Assembly (NCBI GenBank): GCA_023410475.1
Contig: JAEYPS010000010.1
Location: 4,054 to 68,053 of the forward strand
Direction: 5' to 3'
Source: Bacillota bacterium
Lineage (GTDB): Bacteria; Bacillota; Clostridia; Christensenellales; SZUA-584
Length of the DNA: 64,000 bases
In this document: positions 57,730 through 64,000 of the stretch, piece after piece
Layout of the letters: each line of letters starts with the position of its first letter
Numbering within the stretch: position 1 is the first letter of the stretch
Program-made: the position numbers and the translations under genes
The notes under the pieces: model-generated
The model's input: the letters and a program-made list of their open reading frames with translations, nothing else
The model's database searches: none
Told to the model about the DNA's origin: nothing

Positions 57730-58452
57730 TTACTTTAAGCCTGAATACTCGGCCGCGTAAGCATCCTTGCTTTTATCGCCCCCGCTGTCTATCAGCGAAT
57801 CTGCCCGAAAGCTGAGCGCCGCTCCGTCGCCGATTATTATGTGGTCTATAAGCTCTATCCCCAGTGTGCCCAGCGCGCTTCTTATATCATGAGTTGCACT
57901 TATGTCGGCGCCTGAAGGAGTAACGTCCCCGCCAGGGTGGTTGTGGGCGACGATGCCCTTAACGGCCCGGTGGCGGATAGCTCCCGCCGCGAGTTTTCCG
58001 ATGTTTACCGGGGCCTCCTGCATATCTCCCTCCGAGAGCCGCTCATAATGAATGACCCTTCCCTGCGTATCGAGCCATATGACGTAAAACTGCTCGTAAG
58101 GCTTGCCGAAAAGAAGGGATCTCGCAAACGCACACGCGTCCTTTAAAGACTTTATACAGGGGCGCTTTTTAAGCTTGCTGCGCTCATACGCCCGAAACAG
58201 CTCCGGAAACATAGTAAGGTACGCCGCCGCGCGCCTGCCAATTCCTTCTGTGCGCTCAAGGTCCTTCACGTCCGCCTCAAGAACGCCCGAAAGGCTGCCG
58301 AACGCGCCGATCAGCCTGTTGGCGACGGCGTTCGTATCTGCCCTCGGAATGACGTGAAACAGCAGATATTCAAGTATTTCGTGTTCTGCAGACCCCTCGA
58401 GCCCTTCGCGTAGCAGTCTTTCCGTGAGGCGCTGCCGATGGCCTTCATGCAT
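57730..58452 (-). CDS. radC: RadC-family JAB-domain protein
   Basis: HEGHRQRL N-terminus, HhH region, JAB motif AHNHPGG. Confidence 0.9.
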   Translation of the reverse strand: MHEGHRQRLTERLLREGLEGSAEHEILEYLLFHVIPRADTNAVANRLIGAFGSLSGVLEADVKDLERTEGIGRRAAAYLTMFPELFRAYERSKLKKRPCIKSLKDACAFARSLLFGKPYEQFYVIWLDTQGRVIHYERLSEGDMQEAPVNIGKLAAGAIRHRAVKGIVAHNHPGGDVTPSGADISATHDIRSALGTLGIELIDHIIIGDGAALSFRADSLIDSGGDKSKDAYAAEYSGLK

Positions 58453-58471
58453 CGTGCCTCCAAGTTATACG

Positions 58472-58678
58472 TTAAGAGCAGCAGCCTTTGCAGGCGCTGC
58501 AGTTGCCTGTGCTGCAGGCGCCCCCTCCATGGCCTCCTCCTCCGAAATAGCATTTGCCCTGATAAAAGCGCTTCGTGTTTTGCGAAGCGCACGCCGGGCA
58601 GGCAGGTTTGCTGTCCGGGTTTGTCAGCTCCTCAAAGACGGCTTTGCAGTCTTCGCATATGTATTTAAGCAGCGGCAT
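58472..58678 (-). CDS. FmdB-family zinc-ribbon protein
   Basis: YICEDCKAVFE...CPACAS CxxC pairs and a Gly/Cys-rich tail. Confidence 0.8.
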   Translation of the reverse strand: MPLLKYICEDCKAVFEELTNPDSKPACPACASQNTKRFYQGKCYFGGGGHGGGACSTGNCSACKGCCS

Positions 58679-58699
58679 CGTTTTCCTCCATTCGCGGGG

Positions 58700-59638
58700 C
58701 TATAGCATCTTTTTACGCCAGAGCCACAGCGCGGCTCCAACTGTCAATGCAATAGAGCTGCCTGTTATTATCCAGAAGCCCCCTGGCATATCGAGAAACG
58801 GCACGTCGAGGTTCATTCCCCACAGGCTCGCAATAAGCGTGGGCACAGCGAGTATTATTGTTACCGACGTCAAGAACTTCATGACGATGTTGAGGTTATT
58901 TGAAATCACCGACGCGAACGCGTCCATCGTGCCCGCGAGTATGTCCCTGTAGATAGTACACATCTCTATGGCCTGCTTGTTTTCGACTATTACGTCCTCC
59001 AAAAGCTCCTCGTCGTCCGGATAACGCTTTATCATCGTGGTTTTCATCATCTTTTCGAGCACTGTCTCGTTTGCCTTCAGCGAGGTCGCGAAATACACAA
59101 GGGATTTTTCGAGCTTTAGCATCTGTATCAGCTCGCGGTTTTTCATAGATTTGTGCAGCGCGTTTTCCACCTGAGTGCTCGCTTTGTCTATCTGGCGAAG
59201 GTGCTGCAAAAAACGCGACGAGTTTTTGAACAGCAGCTGATAGACGAACCGCGTCTTTTTGCTGCAGTCGAAGCCCCTCACGCGCCCTTTTGCGAAATCC
59301 TCAATTATAGTTGTTTCCTCGAGGCATACGGTTATTATGTTGTTGTCGGTGATGATAATGCCAAGAGGCATTGTATTATACAAAAACGACGTTCCCTCCG
59401 GTTCGACAACAGGGATGTCGACAAGTATCAAAACCGCGTTATCTTCCTTGTCGATACGCGGAGTCTCTTCTTCGTCGAGCGCAGCAGATAACAGGCTAAT
59501 ATCGACACCGTAGTCTTTGGAGATAAACTCCAGTTCTTCTTTGCTGGGGTCGGTAAGGTTAATCCACGAGCACTGGCATGGCTCGCAGCCACAGTCGAGC
59601 GAACCGTTTTCGTATCTGAAATAGTTTATCATTGGCAA
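58700..59638 (-). CDS. corA: CorA-family Mg2+/Co2+ transporter
   Basis: GMN motif (LWGMNLDVPF) between two C-terminal TMs. Confidence 0.9.
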   Translation of the reverse strand: MPMINYFRYENGSLDCGCEPCQCSWINLTDPSKEELEFISKDYGVDISLLSAALDEEETPRIDKEDNAVLILVDIPVVEPEGTSFLYNTMPLGIIITDNNIITVCLEETTIIEDFAKGRVRGFDCSKKTRFVYQLLFKNSSRFLQHLRQIDKASTQVENALHKSMKNRELIQMLKLEKSLVYFATSLKANETVLEKMMKTTMIKRYPDDEELLEDVIVENKQAIEMCTIYRDILAGTMDAFASVISNNLNIVMKFLTSVTIILAVPTLIASLWGMNLDVPFLDMPGGFWIITGSSIALTVGAALWLWRKKML

Positions 59639-59854
59639 GCACCGCCTTTCTTAAGATACCCAAAAGCTATTGATCTTTGGGCTTGCAGCGGTGTGCACCA
59701 TTTAGCTTGCGTTATGGTATGCACGCCGCTTGTGTGTTGCATGTCTTCGTTTAGGGTCTGCGTCCACGCATACCACCTCCGTAAAATGTTGTGTGTATTT
59801 CGAGAGCCAAATTTCATGCGCTCAAAACCTTAGTTAATTATAGCACGTGAATAA
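59639..59854 (-). promoter_or_regulatory. corA promoter plus a structured 5' leader of about 180 nt
   Basis: Minus strand TTGATT (59854-59849), 16 nt, TGcTATAAT (-10 at 59832-59827). The leader contains mutually exclusive helices (see findings). Confidence 0.45.
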
Positions 59855-59907
59855 AATAAATCAACAAAAGATGCGGGCGCGCAAATTCTTAAAACCGTCA
59901 TGTATAT

Positions 59908-59936
59908 TTGACACGCGTTATGGCCAGATTTATAAT
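59908..59936 (+). promoter_or_regulatory. Perfect consensus sigmaA promoter of the orphan noncoding unit
   Basis: TTGACA (59908-59913), 17 nt, TATAAT (59931-59936). Confidence 0.7.
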
Positions 59937-59942
59937 TATAGA

Positions 59943-60238
59943 GCGGCGTGTCTGTGGTTGAAAGTCGATGCCAGCCGCGGGCGAAACGACCCACGTAATC
60001 CGATCAGTTTCGGTGAGCATGGCGCGGTTTAGAAGTAAGCCCGGCCGGTAATTTTTATCCGAGAGGCATAGTAGTGGGGAAGGTTAATCTTTTATGAGCG
60101 AAATGCCCAGCCGGCGGATGTGGGGGCAAAGACCAGGTCAGACGCCGCACTATTTTTGAAACACGGCAGGCGGTCAGGGGCCGCCGGGCCGGATTAAGGA
60201 CAGCCGGAAAATTTGCAAAACCGGCTGTTCTGTTTTTT
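59943..60238 (+). ncRNA. Unclassified structured RNA of about 295 nt (stand-alone sRNA or very large riboswitch-like leader)
   Basis: GC-rich island in an AT-rich spacer with no credible ORF. Long-range helix 59943-59958 / 60132-60148 encloses about 170 nt with several local hairpins. The unit ends in an intrinsic terminator. Confidence 0.55.
60200..60238 (+). terminator. Intrinsic terminator of the noncoding unit
   Basis: ACAGCCGG-13 nt-CCGGCTGT (8 bp) followed by TCTGTTTTTT. Confidence 0.8.
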
Positions 60239-60379
60239 ATTATATTTCAGACTGTTCACGGAATCGGGTTTATCTCTAAAAACCGGGAATGGCCGGGTTT
60301 GTTTTTACTTATATAATATGGTATCGTTTCTTTAAGGCATTCATACGATTCTATTAAATTTAACAGTGAGGCAAAAATA

Positions 60380-60577
60380 ATGAACTTTAAACTGATAAGG
60401 AATCTATGGCTATTAACAGGATTATTCACGCTGGCATCTTTAATAATAAACTTAACTGGCAATATGTCGATTCTGCTGATTGCTTACGGGATCACACTTG
60501 TTCTCGTGCTGACTTGCGCTTATATTTACCACCGAAAAGGCATTAAAGATAATACGGAAGAGAAAAAAAGTAAATAA
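60380..60577 (+). CDS. 65-aa two-TM small membrane protein
   Basis: RBS GTGAGG 8 nt upstream; hydrophobic hairpin plus a Lys/Glu-rich tail; AT-rich. Confidence 0.5.
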   Translation: MNFKLIRNLWLLTGLFTLASLIINLTGNMSILLIAYGITLVLVLTCAYIYHRKGIKDNTEEKKSK

Positions 60578-60615
60578 TCTAGCGGTTTTAACCAGCAGCT
60601 TTTCTTTGTTTATCT

Positions 60616-61311
60616 TTACAGAGGATTTGATTTTATCTTTGAAAATCTGCGCGGATATAAGTCCGGCGCGGGTTTTTGCTTTTCTATAAGTATTATTGCG
60701 CCGGGGTCTATGAAATGCGCATCGTTTACGCGGCAGCCGAGCGTCTTTATCGCACCTGGCGCTTGAGAGAGCTCTTCCTCATAGCTCTCGCCCTTCCACG
60801 CGGCGAAGGCTCCGCCTACCCGAATGAACGCAGCGCAAAGCTCTAAGAGCATATTAAGAGGAGCGACAGCTCGCGATAGCACGAAGTCGAAACTCTCGCG
60901 CAGTAAGCCTCTTGCCTCCTCCTCGGCGCGCCCCGCAATAACGGTAACGCCAACTCCAAGCTTATCGGCGGCGCGCTTTATGAACTCGCACTTCTTGGCC
61001 GACGAATCGAGCAGAGTCATTTCAATATCGGGGCGCAGCAGCTTTACGGGCATGCCGGGAAAGCCCGCGCCCGAGCCTATGTCTATAACACCGGAGCCCG
61101 AAGGGATATCAAGGAACGAAAAAACGCGCGCGCTGTCCGAGAAGTGCTGCTTCGCGGCTTGCTCTTCGTCCGTTATGCGCGTCAGGTTCATATGCTTGTT
61201 TGCCTCAAAGACGAGTTTATAGTATTCCTCGCAAAGCGCTATCTGTGTTTGCTCGTATGTTATTCCCGCTTCGTCGAGGCTGCGACTCAGAGATTCGCGG
61301 AATATGCTCAT
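60616..61311 (-). CDS. rsmG: 16S rRNA (guanine527-N7)-methyltransferase RsmG
   Basis: SAM motif VIDIGSGAGFPG. ATG 61311 overlaps the ispE stop (ATGA). Confidence 0.9.
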   Translation of the reverse strand: MSIFRESLSRSLDEAGITYEQTQIALCEEYYKLVFEANKHMNLTRITDEEQAAKQHFSDSARVFSFLDIPSGSGVIDIGSGAGFPGMPVKLLRPDIEMTLLDSSAKKCEFIKRAADKLGVGVTVIAGRAEEEARGLLRESFDFVLSRAVAPLNMLLELCAAFIRVGGAFAAWKGESYEEELSQAPGAIKTLGCRVNDAHFIDPGAIILIEKQKPAPDLYPRRFSKIKSNPL

Positions 61312-62165
61312 TGCTCTTCGATAACCTCCACTCCCATGGCTGTCGGCCGAAAAGCGCCGCACAGCTCGAAATCGCCTTTTACCCTCTCCGCTGTTTCGCG
61401 GGCGGCCTCATATGTTTCAAAAGCGGCAAATACCGCGCTGCCCGAGCCTGTCATGAACGCCTTACCGGCGCCCGCGGCTTTAAGAGCATCCGCCGCCTTC
61501 AGTATGGCGGGAGCCACGCTGAGCGCAGCCATACCAAGAGCGTTGCCCGCGTATCTGTTAAAAAGCTCTGCGTCGCCTTTAAGCACCGCATATTTAACTG
61601 AATCTATGCTTACATGGGCGGAACCGATGTAGTTCATGAACGCCTCGGCTGTGGAGACGCCCTGGTGCGGCTTTACCACGGCGTAGAACATGGGTTTCGC
61701 GGCATTGAGAGGGGTCAGCCGCTCACCTATGCCTTTAGCTCGGGCGAGACCGCCCGTAAGCGCGAACGGAACGTCGGCGCCAACCGAAACCGCGATGCCG
61801 TTTAAAGCTTCAAAGCTCAAAGTGGTCTCATAAAGCCTGTCTAGGCCGACGAGCACTGCCGCCGCGTCGGCGCTTGCGCCGCCTAGACCCGCCATGCGGG
61901 GTATGCTCTTTTGTATAGATATATCAGCGCCTTGCGAGCCGGTAAACTTTAAAAACGCCTCGGCGGCTCTATAAGCCGTGTTGTCCTGCCCGGTCGCCCA
62001 GTCCTTGTCCATCCGCACCGTTACGCCCTCGGCCTTTTCTATCATGACGGTGTCATACAGCGATATGCTTTGCATTATCGTGTCGAGCTCGTGGTAACCG
62101 TCTTCCCGCTTGCCTGTTATATCGAGCGAAAGATTGAGTTTTGCGTATGCTTTTAGAGTTATCAT
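61308..62165 (-). CDS. ispE: 4-diphosphocytidyl-2-C-methyl-D-erythritol kinase
   Basis: AKLNLSLDITGKREDGYH N-terminus and GHMP motif PRMAGLGGASADAAA. Confidence 0.93.
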   Translation of the reverse strand: MITLKAYAKLNLSLDITGKREDGYHELDTIMQSISLYDTVMIEKAEGVTVRMDKDWATGQDNTAYRAAEAFLKFTGSQGADISIQKSIPRMAGLGGASADAAAVLVGLDRLYETTLSFEALNGIAVSVGADVPFALTGGLARAKGIGERLTPLNAAKPMFYAVVKPHQGVSTAEAFMNYIGSAHVSIDSVKYAVLKGDAELFNRYAGNALGMAALSVAPAILKAADALKAAGAGKAFMTGSGSAVFAAFETYEAARETAERVKGDFELCGAFRPTAMGVEVIEEQ

Positions 62166-63028
62166 TAGCTGTCTCCCGTAAGCTTTTTATGCGCCCAAAG
62201 GGCGTGAGTCTTTACCGGATCGTCCGCTGTCTCGGCAAGACGCCGTAGTTCTTCTGTAAGTTCACGCATATTTGCGGCGCCCGCGTAAAGCGCCGCCTGC
62301 GACAGTACGCGCTGTGTCCGCGCCATGTTGGCGCCCGCCAGTTCCTTAAGCTTGTACTTGTATCCGCCGCAGAGAAGTTCTTTTACTGAGAACTCAAACG
62401 GCCGGGATGTTTCTTTGGTATTCAGAGGACACACGCTCTGGCACCTCTCGCACCCGAGCAGCTGATAGACCCCTTCCCGCAGCGCCTGTGGCACTACGCC
62501 GTGCATATGTGCGCGGACACAAAAATCTAAGTTGTCGACTGCCGCGCAATGCTGTTTGCACGCTCCGCAGTGCAGACACTCTCCGCGCTTATGTCCGTAC
62601 TCCTCCGGTTGTCCCGCGGATGAGATTATAGTCTGTATGCAAACATGCGAGCCAAAAGCATCGTGGTAGTAAAAGCCGTTGTCGCCAATAAAGCCCCCCG
62701 TGCCAAGCGCCGCCGCCTTAGCGGATATAGACGCGGTGTGCAGCGCCTGCGCTCCGCTTTCACGTATAAATGCCGTGAGAGCTTTCGCCGCGCCGTACGC
62801 CATGTTTGACGCTATGTAATAGGGCGAGAGCGCGATATTGCCATTCGACGCCGCTTTTGCCGGAAGATACGCCATGAACAGCACGATAATGCACGAAGCT
62901 GCGCTGACGAGTGAGGCTGCGGGCAGGCATTCCCCCTTGACGGTGATCATATCATCAGCGGGCGCAAATCGTATGTCGGTTATGCCAAGAGCAATTGAGC
63001 GCTCCCGTATGTCGCCATTACTAAGCAT
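62165..63028 (-). CDS. queG: Epoxyqueuosine reductase QueG-like
   Basis: Cluster motifs CLHCGACKQHC and CERCQSVCPLN, plus a HEAT-like C-terminal tail. Confidence 0.65.
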   Translation of the reverse strand: MLSNGDIRERSIALGITDIRFAPADDMITVKGECLPAASLVSAASCIIVLFMAYLPAKAASNGNIALSPYYIASNMAYGAAKALTAFIRESGAQALHTASISAKAAALGTGGFIGDNGFYYHDAFGSHVCIQTIISSAGQPEEYGHKRGECLHCGACKQHCAAVDNLDFCVRAHMHGVVPQALREGVYQLLGCERCQSVCPLNTKETSRPFEFSVKELLCGGYKYKLKELAGANMARTQRVLSQAALYAGAANMRELTEELRRLAETADDPVKTHALWAHKKLTGDS

Positions 63029-63169
63029 AAAAAAATTATTACATAAATATTTGAAAATAACAACGAGGGAGGATAAAAATGTTGCTACTTCTGAGGCCGT
63101 GATATATAATTGTGCAATAAATAATTATTGGTTTTGGTGAAATTCTAGTCAAAGGATCGCTGTCTGTTT

Positions 63170-63676
63170 ATGAAAAGGTTAACACTGTTGGTATTGATAA
63201 TATGCGTGGCTCTGGCTGCCGCGTGCTCTGCTCCCGCTACCGTAAGCACGGCTATCGGAGAGTTCGAGATGGGTCAGGAAATTATGGAAAGCATCGAGGA
63301 CGATCAGGGAAACAGCTATGTGCCCGCCTCGGGCAATACGCTGCTCGTTGTGTATATGACGCCCGCCGCGGGCACGAACGTAACCGAGGATCAGGCGCAA
63401 GCGTTCTTCAACAGCGGAACGAAGATTACTATAGATGATCAGAGCTACAACATGGTTTGCATCGCGTTTGAGATGACGGGCGGCACGCTGCGCTACGGGC
63501 TCGTGTTCGAGATCAGCGATAAGGGATACGCAAACAAACAGCCCGATATAAAGCTGAGCATACCTCAGTCCGCTCCCGCCGCGACTCCCGCTCCTACGCC
63601 CACGCCCGCTCCTACGCCGGTGGAACCCGCAGACCCTGAGGTCAGTCCCACAGAGAATACTGAGACGGATTCTTAA
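63170..63676 (+). CDS. Lipoprotein with Pro/Thr-rich C-terminal tail
   Basis: Lipobox LAAAC; tail APAATPAPTPTPAPTPVEP. Confidence 0.7.
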   Translation: MKRLTLLVLIICVALAAACSAPATVSTAIGEFEMGQEIMESIEDDQGNSYVPASGNTLLVVYMTPAAGTNVTEDQAQAFFNSGTKITIDDQSYNMVCIAFEMTGGTLRYGLVFEISDKGYANKQPDIKLSIPQSAPAATPAPTPTPAPTPVEPADPEVSPTENTETDS

Positions 63677-64000
63677 GTGCGGTAAGCATCATTTCTTTGG
63701 CATCAGGCTTGCTTGCGCAGATTTGCGCAAGCAGCTTTTTTATATCCTGCCGCTTTGTGCTTCCCGAAGCCGGGCAAGGGTTTTCGGCTATTGGTATAGA
63801 GTGCTTCTTAACAGCCGCCTTTATTTCCTTCTCCGGCAGGTAGACGAACGGGCGTATAAGCGTTATGCCCTGCCTGTCAAGGTCTGTCACGGGCTTGAAC
63901 GTGCGCAGGCGCCCCTCGTAGAGCAAGCTTAAGAAAAGAGTTTCCAAACAGTCCTCTCTGTGGTGGGCAAACGCGCATTTCGTTATCCCCTGCTTTTTTA
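63642..64000 (-). CDS. ttcA: TtcA-family PP-loop tRNA thiolation protein (C-terminal part; continues beyond window)
   Basis: The frame stays open to base 63998. AHHREDCLETLFLSLLYEGRLRTFKP...LIRPFVYLPEKEI matches the TtcA HHxDDxxETLFLN core. Confidence 0.7.
   Translation of the reverse strand, partial: KKQGITKCAFAHHREDCLETLFLSLLYEGRLRTFKPVTDLDRQGITLIRPFVYLPEKEIKAAVKKHSIPIAENPCPASGSTKRQDIKKLLAQICASKPDAKEMMLTALKNPSQYSLWD

Noticed and set aside
59847-60032. A 61-aa ORF overlaps the start of the noncoding unit.
   Set aside because: Its ATG lies upstream of the consensus promoter. It has no RBS, and its sequence is rich in Arg/Cys/Trp, which is typical of a random frame.
59943-60238. Tested the orphan RNA by eye against RNase P, SRP RNA, tmRNA, 6S, and the cobalamin, lysine, glycine, TPP, SAM-I, ydaO, ykkC and ZTP riboswitches.
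   Set aside because: Only short partial resemblances were found (GAAAGUCGAUGCC, AAGGACAG, CCGAGAGGC, ACACGGCAGG). There is no P4 pairing partner for RNase P, no GGAAGCAGC SRP motif, no B12 box and no tag ORF or CCA end. It is left unclassified rather than named.

Overview
This 64-kb chromosomal segment comes from a spore-forming, moderately GC-rich Firmicute, probably a Clostridia or Oscillospiraceae-like organism by gene content. Most of it is core genes: mgtE, a flavodiiron protein, an MltG-like lipoprotein, two ABC-2 exporter plus TetR modules, a PhzF-like isomerase, ybaK, a gerA-type germinant receptor operon, a MacB/FtsX-type ABC pair, ald, a 9-gene V-type ATPase operon, upp, rpiB, recF, zupT, queT, leuS, ispDF, ispE, rsmG, queG, corA, radC and a partial ttcA. 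Low-GC accessory islets are interspersed among these genes.

Main second-look items:
1. An IS110-family element (about 25981-27521) carries a two-loop, bridge-RNA-like leader. Its loop sequences match both insertion junctions. Its two ends would rebuild a perfect TTGACT-17-TATAAT promoter only after circularisation. It sits exactly at the Shine-Dalgarno sequence of an ABC operon.
2. A self-contained, GC-rich noncoding unit of about 295 nt (59908-60238) has a consensus promoter, a long-range closing helix and an intrinsic terminator. I could not assign it to any RNA class.
3. A tandem triplicated lipoprotein family has Pro/Thr-rich linkers and lies next to a GT-C-like membrane protein.
4. A low-GC, single-gene DUF4238 islet is a candidate phage-defence gene.
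5. Twin perfect palindromic operators lie upstream of a SIMPL-domain gene.

No rRNA genes, tRNA genes or CRISPR arrays were seen. All functional calls rest on motif recognition by eye. No database searches were run.
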